Below, in pieces: positions 20,641 to 30,972 of a stretch of DNA of 64,000 nucleotides (the stretch's first letter is position 1; every line of letters starts with the position of its first letter). Origin of the DNA: an uncultured Clostridia bacterium (GTDB lineage Bacteria; Bacillota; Clostridia; TANB77; CAG-508); NCBI GenBank assembly GCA_934121925.1, contig CAKOVK010000002.1, positions 16,038-80,037 of the forward strand, in the 5' to 3' direction. A program made the translations under genes and the position numbers. Under the pieces are notes generated by a model, which saw only the letters and a program-made list of their open reading frames with translations, ran no database searches and was not told the origin of the DNA.

Positions 20641-21617
20641 TCATATTAATTTAAAATATTCTTCTAGACATTCTATTAATTCACTTGTTTTTTCTATTTT
20701 ATTTATTCTATCTCGCATTATGCTAGAGTCCTTTAAATTTTTTATGTACCAACAAATGTGTTTTCTCATTTCTCTTATTGCAATGTATTCTCCTTTTTCG
20801 TTAACTGCTAAGCTAAGATGTTCTTTTATTATATTTAATTTTTGTTCTTTTGTTACTTCATCTCTTTTTTCTCCTGTTAGTTCTTTTATAAGATTATGTA
20901 TGAACCAAGGATTTCCGTAAGTTTGCTCTACCTACCATTATTCCATCTACACCTGTATATTCAAACATCTTTTTAGCATCTTCTGCAGTCTTTATATCAC
21001 CATTTCCTATTACAGGTATTTTTATATTTTCCTTTACTTTTTTTATAATTTCTAAATCTACATGTCCGTGAATAGTATTCTTCTCTGGTTCTTCCATGTA
21101 TTGTAATGGCAGATGCTCCAGCCTCTTCTATTATTTTTGCAATTTCTACTGCATTTATATTTTTGCTATCCCAACCCTTTCTTATTTTTACTGTAACTGG
21201 TTTGTCTGTATTTTTCACTACATTTTTTACTATATCTTCTACTAATTCTGGTGATAGCAAAAGTTTGCTTCCATCCCCATTTTTTACTACTTTAGGAGCA
21301 GGGCACCCCATATTTATATCTATTATATCAGCATCTTTAGAAATTTTATTAGCAGTCTCTCCCATTATTTCTGGTTCACTTCCAAATATCTGAAAAGCTA
21401 TTGGTCTTTGCTCTCCTACTGTATTTAAAAGCGTTTCCGTTTTTTTATCATTATAATGCAAAGCTTTGCTACTTACCATTTCTGTATATACTAATCCTGG
21501 ATTACTGCACTTTTTACATATTGTCCTAAATGGCAAGTCTGTAATTCCTGCCATTGGGGCAAGTAGTATATTATTTTCTAATTTTATATTTCCAATATTT
21601 AATTCATGTATATACAT
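20641..21617 (-). CDS. dus: tRNA-dihydrouridine synthase; continuous only with two +1 shifts at CGG-A (21068, 20917)
   Basis: LAPMAGITDLPFR, INMGCPAPKV, HGRTREEYYS|GHVDLEIIKKV...GIMVGRANL|GNPWFIHNL...EEYFKLI*. Three track or unlisted pieces join exactly in frames 0, +1 and +2. Confidence 0.88.
20914..20917 (-). other. Candidate +1 recoding site CGG-A
   Basis: dus: GCA AAC TTA [C]GGA AAT CCT TGG gives RANL-G-NPWFI. Confidence 0.65.
21065..21068 (-). other. Candidate +1 recoding site CGG-A
   Basis: dus: TAC TAT TCA [C]GGA CAT GTA GAT gives EEYYS-G-HVDLE. Confidence 0.65.
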
Positions 21618-21628
21618 TTTATCCCTTT

Positions 21629-22736
21629 CTATTCTATAAACAAATTTTTTTGCCTTTTACTACTAATATTTAATAATAATCCTATTAAGATGAAATTAGT
21701 TATAAATGATGTACCTCCATAACTAATAAATGGTAATGGTACTCCTGTTATAGGCAAAAGGCCTATTGTCATTCCTATGTTCTCTACTACATGGAATAAA
21801 AATATTCCGTACTATTCCCATTGCTATATATGAACCCAAGTCATCTCTTGCAGTTTTGGCTACATTTATTGCCTTTGTAATTAATATTACATATATTACT
21901 ATTATTAAGCTACATACAACAAAGCCTAATTCTTCTCCTATCATCGAAAATATAAAATCTGTTGTTTTAGGATATAGAAAACCTAAATGAGTTTGAGTTC
22001 CTTTTAACCATCCCATTCCAAACAGTTTCCCAGCCCCTATTGCTATTTTAGATTGTATTATATTATATCCAGCACCTCTTGGATCTATATTAGGATTTAA
22101 ATATACATCTATTCTAGCTTTAGCATGTTCAGGTAATATAAAAAAGTACATAAGTGGAACAGTTATAAGTAGTATTGCAAAAGATATTATTATGTATTTT
22201 TTATCTATTCCTGATACATATAGCATTAAAACTAAGGATATTATATACGCTATTGCAGTTCCATAGTCTGGTTGTATAGCAATTAATATAATAGGTAACC
22301 CAATAGTACCTAATATAATTGCTAATTTTGATAATTTATTTATTTCTTTTTTGGATTTCTTTTGAATATTAACAATTACATAGCTTAAAAATACTATTAT
22401 AAATACTTTTCCAAGCTCTGCTGGTTGAAATGCAAAAAAGCCAATATTAAACCAGCTCGTAGCTCCATTAATTGGTTTTGTAAATAATACTGCTACTAAC
22501 AATAATATTAGCGTTCCATAAAGATATGGTGAAATTCTAGCTATTACATTATAATCTATACACATTACTGCAATCATTATTGGTATGCTTATTAATATCC
22601 ATATACATTGTTTTTTGAATTCGTATAACTCTGAATTAATTGTTGCACTATAAAGAGCTACTAGTCCTATTATTACTAGTAAAACTACGCATATTAAAAT
22701 TCCCCATTCTGTATTTTTTATAGCTCTTTTATTCAT
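21629..22736 (-). CDS. rodA: SEDS peptidoglycan polymerase RodA/FtsW family; continuous only with one +1 shift at CGG-A (21809)
   Basis: Polytopic membrane ORF. After the shift the tail reads MGIV|GIFLFHVVENIGMTIGLLPITGVPLPFISYGGTSFITNF, the conserved SEDS C-terminus. The zero frame gives nonsense and a stop. Confidence 0.88.
21806..21809 (-). other. Candidate +1 recoding site CGG-A
   Basis: rodA: GGA ATA GTA [C]GGA ATA TTT TTA gives MGIV-G-IFLFHVVEN. Confidence 0.65.
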
Positions 22737-22752
22737 TTTTACCTCTCTTATA

Positions 22753-22780
22753 GAACAAAGCGACTTAAGTCGCTTTGTTC
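22753..22780. repeat. Family D hairpin only (GAACAAAGCGACTTAAGTCGCTTTGTTC), overlapping the minE stop codon
   Basis: Perfect 12-bp stem. The last minE codons (AAG AAC AAA GCG ACT TAA) are encoded by the hairpin itself. Confidence 0.8.
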
Positions 22781-23364
22781 TTTACTTTCTTAGAAGCACT
22801 TTTTTTGTTTTGTGTATTCTTATTAGTCTGTTCTTTTTTTACTTCATTTATACTTTCACTTTTTTCTTTAGGCTCTGATTTTCCTTCTTCCTTTTTTGGC
22901 TCATCTTTCTGCTCTACTTGTCCATTTTTCTCTTCTTTTTTATCTTCTTCTTTTTCCTCTTTACTTCCTTTTTCTTTTCCCTCTGTTTTTTCTTCTTTTT
23001 GTTCTTCTTTGCTTTCCTTATTTTCCTCTTTTTTATTTTCTTCTTTATTCTCTTCTTTTTTTATGTTATTTTTTATATTTACTATTGGAATATTAGCATA
23101 AAGTGAAGGTGCTCCCTTTGTTCCATCTTCTGCTATTTCATTTGTTAATCTAACATCTATGGCAGATTCCTCAACTTCTATATATTTTTTTATTACCTCA
23201 ATAATTTCTTGCTTCATTAATTCCAAAAAATCAGCTGAAACATTTGCTCTATCTTGCATTAATACTAGATGTAGTCTTTCTTTTGCAGTATCCTTGCTAT
23301 GAGTGGTTTCTTTTGCCTCTGATTTCATTAATTTTTTAAAAAAATTTGCGATACTTTCAAACAT
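22765..23364 (-). CDS. minE: Cell division topological specificity factor MinE with a Lys/Glu-rich C-terminal extension of about 100 aa
   Basis: N-terminal ...SKDTAKERLHLVLMQDRANVS...IEVI..YI.V matches the MinE fold region. It sits directly downstream of minD. Tail: KKEENKEENKKEENKESKEEQKEEK... Confidence 0.8.
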   Translation of the reverse strand: MFESIANFFKKLMKSEAKETTHSKDTAKERLHLVLMQDRANVSADFLELMKQEIIEVIKKYIEVEESAIDVRLTNEIAEDGTKGAPSLYANIPIVNIKNNIKKEENKEENKKEENKESKEEQKEEKTEGKEKGSKEEKEEDKKEEKNGQVEQKDEPKKEEGKSEPKEKSESINEVKKEQTNKNTQNKKSASKKVKNKAT

Positions 23365-23402
23365 TTTTTATCCCTTCCTAAAGCATATTTTCTTTATTTC
23401 TT

Positions 23403-24197
23403 TTATTTCTTTTTAAACCAACTTTTTATTTTAGCCCAAAATCCTTTTTCTCTTCCTGGTATAGTTACTTCTATGTTTTCTCCTAAAACTCTTCTTGCAA
23501 TTTCTATATATGCCTTACCAGATGGAGCTTTTTTATTTTTTATTACTGGCTCTCCTTTATTTGTTTGAGTTATTATATATTCATCATCTGGAACAACACC
23601 TATTAAGTCTACAGATAATAAATCTACAATATCTTCTACTTCCATCATTTCGCCTTTTTTAACCATATTAGGTCTTAATCTATTTACTATCAATTCTGGA
23701 TTTTTTATTTCTGAGCTTTCTAGTAATCCTATTATTCTATCTGCATCTCTTATTGCAGATATTTCTGCTGTTGTTACAACTATTGCTCTATCTGCCCCTG
23801 CTATTGCATTTTTAAATCCTTGTTCAATTCCTGCTGGACAGTCAATTAATATATAATCGAATTCTTCTTTTAACTTTTTTGTTAGTTCTTTCATTTGTTC
23901 TTCATTTATAGCTGTTTTATCTCTTGTTTGAGCTGCTGGAAGTAAAAAAAGTTCTTCAAATCTTTTGTCTTTTATTAATGCTTGTCTTAATTTACATTTC
24001 TCTTCTACAACATCTACTATGTCATATACAATTCTATTTTCTAGTCCCATAACAACATCAAGATTTCTAAGCCCAATATCTGTATCTACTAATACTACCT
24101 TTTTCCCAGCTTCCGCAAGACTTGAACCTAAGTTTGCTGTTGTTGTTGTTTTTCCTACTCCGCCTTTTCCTGATGTTATAACTATTACTTCTCCCAT
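23403..24197 (-). CDS. minD: Septum site-determining ATPase MinD
   Basis: GEVIVITSGKGGVGKTTTTANLG deviant Walker A and a C-terminal amphipathic helix (FWAKIKSWFKKK). Confidence 0.95.
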   Translation of the reverse strand: MGEVIVITSGKGGVGKTTTTANLGSSLAEAGKKVVLVDTDIGLRNLDVVMGLENRIVYDIVDVVEEKCKLRQALIKDKRFEELFLLPAAQTRDKTAINEEQMKELTKKLKEEFDYILIDCPAGIEQGFKNAIAGADRAIVVTTAEISAIRDADRIIGLLESSEIKNPELIVNRLRPNMVKKGEMMEVEDIVDLLSVDLIGVVPDDEYIITQTNKGEPVIKNKKAPSGKAYIEIARRVLGENIEVTIPGREKGFWAKIKSWFKKK

Positions 24198-24326
24198 TGG
24201 TTAATTTCCTCCTCAAAACAAAATAACTGTATTTTTCAATACAGTTATTTTATAATTTTTTAGCAAAAAAGTCAATGTATAATGCTCAATTTAATGATTT
24301 ACGTATACCTTTTATAACTAATTTTT

Positions 24327-26063
24327 TTAATCTAAAGTATTTACCGTTTGTTCATTATCTTTGCTAGTAACTATTTGTGCTGAATATGTTTTATCTGCCG
24401 TTTCTATATTAATAGTTCTAGTTCCTTCTGGTATATATAAGTATAAATCCCCTTCTGTTCCTGTATACATATCGTTTGTTTTATATTCTATATTATCAGA
24501 AGTTGTTATTGATTCTATTTTTGTAGCACTCGTTATATTATTTAATTTTATTTTTGTTAAATATATAGTTTCTCCATTAGTATTTTTAGCATATGCTTTA
24601 GTAACTCCATAACCTATATCTACATTACCTTTTGATAAAACACTTCCTCCATTTACAACAACTTTTATAGTTGCCAGTTGCTCTTCTGTAGCTTCATCTG
24701 TTGTATATGAACCTGTACCGATTCCTGGCATTTGATTGTGAGAAGATGCTTGTGCAATCACTGTTCCTCCATTTATTGTAACTTCAGCTCCCTCATTCGT
24801 TCCAATTCCTGTTCTAGTTTTATAAGTAGCTTTCGATGTTATTATTCCTCCATTTATGATTAGTCCATCTGCTTTTATTCCATATCCATATTCTCCTCCA
24901 CTTGCAGTTATAACTCCTCCATTTATGATTGTTCCAGTTCCACCTATTCCATTGCTATTAGATCCAATCGCTGTTATATTTCCACCATTTATTACTATAT
25001 TGTTTGCCTGGTTTCTTAATCCTGGGCCAATAGCATCTCCATTATTTCCTGTTCTTGCAATTATTGTTCCACTATTTATTATTATATTATTTGCTGCTCC
25101 ATTAGCAGCATACCAGTAACCATATCCACTTCCTATTCCTCCTGCATAATCTCCTCCTTTTACATTAAGGATTCCATCTCCTTCTATTGTTAAAGTGGAC
25201 CCATCGATTTCTCCATCTATATTTGCTATTGCACCTGCAAATCCTAACCCTGGTGCACTACCTCCTCCTATTAGTGTATTTTCTCCTTCTAATTTTATTT
25301 TTACATTAACACCTTTTGCTATAATATTGTAGTTTCCATTAAATGCGACTGCGTATCCTATTTTACTTACATCTATATTTAAGTTTCTTAATGTTATATC
25401 AAAATTTCCTGTACCTAATATTTTTACAGTATTTTTATCACTTGTTCCTGTAATTACATATTTACCAGTATACTCATCTTCCGTTGTTGTAGTTGTTCCA
25501 TCTTCATTTGTTGTAGTAATTTTATATGTATCATTTTTAATTTCTATAGCCCCTTCAGCTACATTCAAAATCATAATAGGAGTTCCATCATATATTATTT
25601 CTTCTCCGTTTGAATACTTTACCTTTATAGTGTGACCATTATAGTCTATTTTACCTAATTTATTATTCTTTCTCATAAAAAATAATTCTGGTGCAATCCA
25701 TCCTTCGGGAAGTTCGCTTTCATCTATTTCTAAATCTTCCATTAATATATATTTACCTGTATTAGAAAATTTATAAATTTTATTTTCCATCTGTTTTATG
25801 GCACTATTTACATTAGTTCCCAATTTAAATAGTTGATTGGTATCATATATTGGAACTACTTCTCCATTGCTAAAATAACTATTGTAGATTTCATCTAAAT
25901 CATAATTTCCATATACTTTTCTAGTCTGAGCAATAATTTCTTTTTGTGTTTGAACTTTATTTGCTATTATTACATAAGAGCTGATTAAAAAAGAAAGCAT
26001 AAATAGTACAGAAACAAGTACTAATATTGTTATAGCGCCATTCTCACTCTTTATATTTTTCAT
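24327..26063 (-). CDS. Membrane-anchored surface protein with Gly-rich parallel beta-helix-like repeats
   Basis: N-terminal ENGAITILVLVSVLFMLSFLISS (TadE/pseudopilin-like anchor). It has repeats of about 22-25 aa, each built around an I/V-x-I-N-G-G-x-I/V core (IIINSGTII, IVINGGNIT, TIINGGVIT, LIINGGIIT, VTINGGTVI, VVVNGGSVL). Confidence 0.6.
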   Translation of the reverse strand: MKNIKSENGAITILVLVSVLFMLSFLISSYVIIANKVQTQKEIIAQTRKVYGNYDLDEIYNSYFSNGEVVPIYDTNQLFKLGTNVNSAIKQMENKIYKFSNTGKYILMEDLEIDESELPEGWIAPELFFMRKNNKLGKIDYNGHTIKVKYSNGEEIIYDGTPIMILNVAEGAIEIKNDTYKITTTNEDGTTTTTEDEYTGKYVITGTSDKNTVKILGTGNFDITLRNLNIDVSKIGYAVAFNGNYNIIAKGVNVKIKLEGENTLIGGGSAPGLGFAGAIANIDGEIDGSTLTIEGDGILNVKGGDYAGGIGSGYGYWYAANGAANNIIINSGTIIARTGNNGDAIGPGLRNQANNIVINGGNITAIGSNSNGIGGTGTIINGGVITASGGEYGYGIKADGLIINGGIITSKATYKTRTGIGTNEGAEVTINGGTVIAQASSHNQMPGIGTGSYTTDEATEEQLATIKVVVNGGSVLSKGNVDIGYGVTKAYAKNTNGETIYLTKIKLNNITSATKIESITTSDNIEYKTNDMYTGTEGDLYLYIPEGTRTINIETADKTYSAQIVTSKDNEQTVNTLD

Positions 26064-26226
26064 TAGTTACCTCCAATAAAATCTAATTTTATTATACTGT
26101 AATAGTTTTTTAAAAACAATAGATTTTTCGTTTTTTATTTAGTTGCACATTAGTTAGATAAATTGAAATTTGTTACACTATATTTATTTTAAATTTTGAT
26201 AAAATTATTCTACTCCTCACTAAAAG

Positions 26227-26390
26227 TCCGCGCAGGGTAATAGTTTTTTATTTTACAAGCGAACGCCGGTGGGGACCGACAAGGTGAAGACTGTTAAATA
26301 AAATTTGCGACAGCTAATTTTATGCTACAGTCTTCGCGCAGTTGGGTGTGAGCAATTGTAAAATAAAAAATCTCTTACCCGTGGCAGGAC
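26227..26390. repeat. Imperfect long palindrome of about 165 nt upstream of mutS2
   Basis: GTCCGCGCAGGGTAA..TTTTTTATTTTACAA...GAAGACTGT pairs with ACAGTCTTC...TTGTAAAATAAAAAA..TTACCCGTGGCAGGAC. Confidence 0.65.
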
Positions 26391-26489
26391 ATCTTTACAC
26401 CTAATTAGAATAATTTACTCATACAAATTATAATTTGCCTTTCTCTCAAAAAAATAGTATAATATCAATGTTTTAAGGAGATTGATGAA

Positions 26490-28826
26490 ATGAATTCAAA
26501 ATATTTAGATAAATTAGAATATAATAAAATACTAGAAATGTTAGAAAGTTTTGCTAAAACATATTTAGGTAAGAATTTATGTAGAAGATTACATCCTAGT
26601 ACCAATGTGTCTTTTTTATTAGATCAGACAAATCAGGCTTTTCAATTAATTTATAAAAAAGGTAGCTTACCTCTTTCTTCTATTCCTAATATTGATATTG
26701 CAATTAAAAACCTTGAATCTAACTTTTCTTTAACAGCTTTAGATTTATTAGAAATTGGTAGTATCTTAAAGGCTTCTAGAGAATTAAAAGAGTATTTTCT
26801 TGATGAATCTTGTGAGTTAATACTTCCTTCTTATGACCTGATATATATTAATAAATTATTAGAAAAAGAAATTTTTGATAAAATTTTAGATGAAAATACC
26901 ATTGCAGATAATGCTTCTTCAAAGTTAAACTCAATTAGAAAATCTCAAAAGAATTTAGGTGTAGAAATTAAAAATAAATTAAACTCAATGGTTCATTCTG
27001 CTATATACTCAAAGTATCTTCAAGATAGCATTGTTACAATAAAAAATGAAAGATATGTAATTCCAGTAAAAGAAGAATATAGAGGTTTTGTTAAAGGATT
27101 TGTTCATGATGTTTCTTCAAGTGGTTCTACTGTTTTTATTGAGCCTCTTGCTGTTTTTGAGCTTAACAACGAATTGAACAACTTAAAAGCTGAGGAAGCA
27201 ATAGAAATTGCAAAGATTTTAACAGAACTTTCTAGAAAACTTATGCCAATTACTAATGAATTAAAGAACAATGTTGAATTAATTGGTCAAATTGATTTTA
27301 TATTTGCTAAAGCAAATTTCAGTAAGAAACTAAATGGAATTAAACCTGATATTAACAACAAAAAATATGTAAATTTAACTCAAGCGCGCCATCCTCTAAT
27401 TGATGAAGGCAAAGTAGTACCAATTGATATTTCTATTGGAGAAAACTATTCTTCTCTTATAATTACAGGACCAAATACCGGTGGTAAAACTGTTTGTTTA
27501 AAGACTACAGGTTTATTGTTATTAATGGCATATAGCGGAATTTTAATTCCTTGTAAAGAAAATAGTAGTATATATGTTTTTGATAATATTTTTGCAGATA
27601 TTGGTGATGAACAAAGTATTAGTGAATCTTTAAGTACATTCTCTTCTCATATTTTAAATATTGTTGAGATTACTAAAATAGCAACTAAAAATAGTCTTAT
27701 TCTTTTAGATGAGCTTGGTTCTGGTACTGACCCTATAGAGGGAAGTCGTTTAGCAATAAGCATTTTGGACTACTTTTATAATTTAGGTTCAATTGTAATT
27801 AGCACTACTCACTACGAAGAATTAAAGCAATACGCAATTGTTACAAATGGTTTTGAAAATGCAAGTTTCGAATTTAATTTAGAGACTTTATCTCCAACAT
27901 ATAAATTATTAATTGGCATTCCTGGTAAAAGTAATGCTTTTGAAATAAGTAAAAGGCTTGGCTTAAAAGAAAGTATTTTAGAAAAAGCAAAATCATTAAT
28001 TGATAATGATAATATTTGTATAGAAGATTTATTAAAAGAAATTTATGATAATCAAATAGAAATTGAAAAAAAGAAAGATGAAACAACTAAAAATTTAAAT
28101 CAAATAGAAATGCTTAGAAAAAAACTTGAAACTGATTATTCAGAGTATGAAGAAAAAGCTATCCTTATGGTTGAAAATGCAAAAAAAGAAGCTAGAGACA
28201 TATTATTAGATGTTCAAGATGAAGCAACACAAATAATAAAAGAAATGAACAATCTTTCAAAGAAAAATAGCAAAGCTTCTGTTCAAGAAATGTATGATTT
28301 AAAAAACGAAGTAAATGATAAAATAAAAGACTTTTCTATGAATAGCAAAAATCAAAAGGGTAATTTAACACCAGATGAAATAAAGGTTGGAATGCAAGTA
28401 TATGTTATTCCTCTTGGCAAAGTTGGAACCGTAATAAAACTTCCAAATGCTTCTTCTGAAATAGAAATCCAAGTAGGAAGCCTAAAAACAAATATTGCTA
28501 TTGATAAGCTTGTACGAACAAAACAAGAAACTCAAAAAGCTATTCAACCCACTAAAAATAAATCAATAATAAAATCTAAAAATATATCTAACGAAATAAA
28601 TGTAATTGGTTTAACAGTAGATGAAGCAATTCCACTAGTAGACAAATATTTAGATGATGCAAATATTGCAAGATTAGAAACAGTTAGAATTGTTCATGGC
28701 AAAGGAACAGGAAAGCTAAAAGCTGGAATCCATGCATTTTTAAAAAAGCATCCACATGTTAAATCTTATAGAATGGGTACTTTTGGCGAAGGTGAAATGG
28801 GAGTAACTGTTGTAACAATAAAATAG
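26490..28826 (+). CDS. mutS2: Endonuclease MutS2 (MutS domain plus C-terminal Smr domain)
   Basis: Walker A ITGPNTGGKT, LLDELGSGTDP, and a C-terminal Smr domain (INVIGLTVDEA...VRIVHGKGTGKLK). Confidence 0.93.
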   Translation: MNSKYLDKLEYNKILEMLESFAKTYLGKNLCRRLHPSTNVSFLLDQTNQAFQLIYKKGSLPLSSIPNIDIAIKNLESNFSLTALDLLEIGSILKASRELKEYFLDESCELILPSYDLIYINKLLEKEIFDKILDENTIADNASSKLNSIRKSQKNLGVEIKNKLNSMVHSAIYSKYLQDSIVTIKNERYVIPVKEEYRGFVKGFVHDVSSSGSTVFIEPLAVFELNNELNNLKAEEAIEIAKILTELSRKLMPITNELKNNVELIGQIDFIFAKANFSKKLNGIKPDINNKKYVNLTQARHPLIDEGKVVPIDISIGENYSSLIITGPNTGGKTVCLKTTGLLLLMAYSGILIPCKENSSIYVFDNIFADIGDEQSISESLSTFSSHILNIVEITKIATKNSLILLDELGSGTDPIEGSRLAISILDYFYNLGSIVISTTHYEELKQYAIVTNGFENASFEFNLETLSPTYKLLIGIPGKSNAFEISKRLGLKESILEKAKSLIDNDNICIEDLLKEIYDNQIEIEKKKDETTKNLNQIEMLRKKLETDYSEYEEKAILMVENAKKEARDILLDVQDEATQIIKEMNNLSKKNSKASVQEMYDLKNEVNDKIKDFSMNSKNQKGNLTPDEIKVGMQVYVIPLGKVGTVIKLPNASSEIEIQVGSLKTNIAIDKLVRTKQETQKAIQPTKNKSIIKSKNISNEINVIGLTVDEAIPLVDKYLDDANIARLETVRIVHGKGTGKLKAGIHAFLKKHPHVKSYRMGTFGEGEMGVTVVTIK

Positions 28827-28856
28827 GGAAAAAGGGGACAGGCCCCTTTTTCCCTA
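28824..28856. repeat. Family C palindrome TAGGGAAAAAGGGGACAGGCCCCTTTTTCCCTA (copy C1); bidirectional terminator
   Basis: Near-perfect palindrome sitting between the convergent stop codons of mutS2 (TAG 28824-28826) and the MFS gene (28859-28861). A second copy is at 55227-55256. Confidence 0.8.
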
Positions 28857-28858
28857 TT

Positions 28859-30151
28859 TTATTTTATGTTGGCAAATTCTATATCTTCTTTTTTGTATTC
28901 TTCTGGTTTTAGTCCAAATCTTGTCCTCATGTAGTCTAAAACTACTATCATTATTGCAAGTGAAGCTAGCCCTACTATTAAAAATGCATTTTGTATTTTT
29001 ATTACATTAAGCAATAAGCCACCTATAATTGATATAATGCTTGCTGCTATTCCCCCAATAAATTCATAAGCAAATGTTATTTTATTTCTCATATCTTCTG
29101 TTGTAAAGTTTTTTAAATATTTATATTCTAATATGTACCATATTGATGTGCATATTCTATGTACTGCAAACATTGCTAAAATTATTGGTATTATTACTTT
29201 GCTATTATACATACTTGAAACAAATCCTATTACTATACAAGCTCCAATATACATTAATGATATGAATGATAATGTTCTATTTTTATACTTTCTTTCTATT
29301 GGTTTTTTTAGTGAAAGTGAAATTCCACCAATTAATGTAAGTACTGAAAATATTATTGAAAATTCTTCTTCTGGTATTCCTATTGTTACCAATAAATCAC
29401 TACTATATGTACCAATAATTTCTATTAGCCCATATAAAGCTATTTGAAATAATATATATGCCTTCATTCTTTTTGATTTTAATATGAACTTAAAAGCCGT
29501 TTTTAAGTCTATTGAATATTCCTTTATTGTATCTTTTATATTAGCATTTTTTGCCATCTCTTTTGGCTCATACACATCCTCAAATCTAAAAGATAAAATT
29601 GTAGAAATAGCAATAAATAATAGGCATATAAATATTGGTATATAGTTATTTATTACAAATAAATAACCAGCAGTTAATGAGGCAATTCCATCAAGTATAT
29701 AATACCAACTACCTCCTTTTGCATCTAGTTTTGAGTAAAGTCCTTCTCCTCCTTTGGTTGCAACAGAATCATATAGTAGATTTCCTTCCGCGATTGTTTT
29801 TATATTATATCCAAGTGAAAATATTAAATCTGCAATTATAATTCCAATGGCTCCTGGTAGTATTAGTAACCCCAATGCATAAAATATAAGCAATATATTT
29901 CCTAAAATTATACTTTTTCTTTTGCCTAAAAAATCTGTAATTGTTACAGCTGGTATTTGCATTATAATTTTAAATAACAAATAAAATCCATTTATTACTA
30001 ATACTTCTGAAGCTGTAACTTTTTTAGTTATTGTATAAAATAAAAATTCTATTGAATAAAAGAATAACAAATCCCATGAAAACATTTTATATATTGGATA
30101 TAATTTTGCATTTTTTCTTCTAATTTTATTTAGTTCTTTTCTACTCTTCAT
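28859..30151 (-). CDS. MFS-type transporter
   Basis: 430 aa with about 12 hydrophobic helices. Confidence 0.65.
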   Translation of the reverse strand: MKSRKELNKIRRKNAKLYPIYKMFSWDLLFFYSIEFLFYTITKKVTASEVLVINGFYLLFKIIMQIPAVTITDFLGKRKSIILGNILLIFYALGLLILPGAIGIIIADLIFSLGYNIKTIAEGNLLYDSVATKGGEGLYSKLDAKGGSWYYILDGIASLTAGYLFVINNYIPIFICLLFIAISTILSFRFEDVYEPKEMAKNANIKDTIKEYSIDLKTAFKFILKSKRMKAYILFQIALYGLIEIIGTYSSDLLVTIGIPEEEFSIIFSVLTLIGGISLSLKKPIERKYKNRTLSFISLMYIGACIVIGFVSSMYNSKVIIPIILAMFAVHRICTSIWYILEYKYLKNFTTEDMRNKITFAYEFIGGIAASIISIIGGLLLNVIKIQNAFLIVGLASLAIMIVVLDYMRTRFGLKPEEYKKEDIEFANIK

Positions 30152-30165
30152 TTGTTTCTCCTTTT

Positions 30166-30972
30166 TTAGTTTCCTGTGCTTCTATATTTGTTTAGAGCTA
30201 AATTCCATATTTTTACTGCAACTATCCATAATACCATTGCAACAACAGGTGATAAATAAATCATATATTTATCCATTCCTAAATATGCTAGGCTTGGATA
30301 ATATGCAACAAAAGCAAATGGCAAAATGTATGTTATTAATATTTTTATAAAACTACTATAAATATCTATTGGGTATTGTGCAAAAGTATAAATTCTATCA
30401 AATGACCAAATAACTTCATTTGACCTATATGTCCAAAATGATGAAATACTACAAATAGTATTTATTGCTCCAATTATTGCTGCACCTATTATACTAAAAA
30501 ATAGTATTCTTACAATTAATATAAATGTAATTGGTATAGAAAGTTTAATAAGCATTATTATAGTCATTGCAAAACCTAATACTAAATATCCTAATGCAAC
30601 AAACTCTTTTGTTGCTCCTAAAATTGATATTAATGGATGTACTGGTCTTAATAAAATCTTATCAAATTCTCCATCTTTTATATATTTGGGTCCGAAATCA
30701 TATAATCCATCTACACAAAGTGTTTTTATTCCAACAGATATTAAGGTTATTCCATATAATAATAAAACCTGTTTGAAATTCCAACCTGCTAAATTTTCTG
30801 TATTTCTAAAAGCAATAAATACAAATATTATTTCAACTGCTTGTGTGACTATCTGGGAAACTATTCCTACTAAACAGTCTAGCCTATAAATTAGCATTTC
30901 TTTTAATGATGCTCCTAAAAATGAAAAATATATTTTTACATTGTTCAATATGTTTGACATTTTATCCTCCAT
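30166..30972 (-). CDS. ABC-2 type transporter permease
   Basis: 268 aa polytopic membrane protein in an operon with a second permease and an ATPase. Starts and stops overlap. Confidence 0.7.
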   Translation of the reverse strand: MEDKMSNILNNVKIYFSFLGASLKEMLIYRLDCLVGIVSQIVTQAVEIIFVFIAFRNTENLAGWNFKQVLLLYGITLISVGIKTLCVDGLYDFGPKYIKDGEFDKILLRPVHPLISILGATKEFVALGYLVLGFAMTIIMLIKLSIPITFILIVRILFFSIIGAAIIGAINTICSISSFWTYRSNEVIWSFDRIYTFAQYPIDIYSSFIKILITYILPFAFVAYYPSLAYLGMDKYMIYLSPVVAMVLWIVAVKIWNLALNKYRSTGN

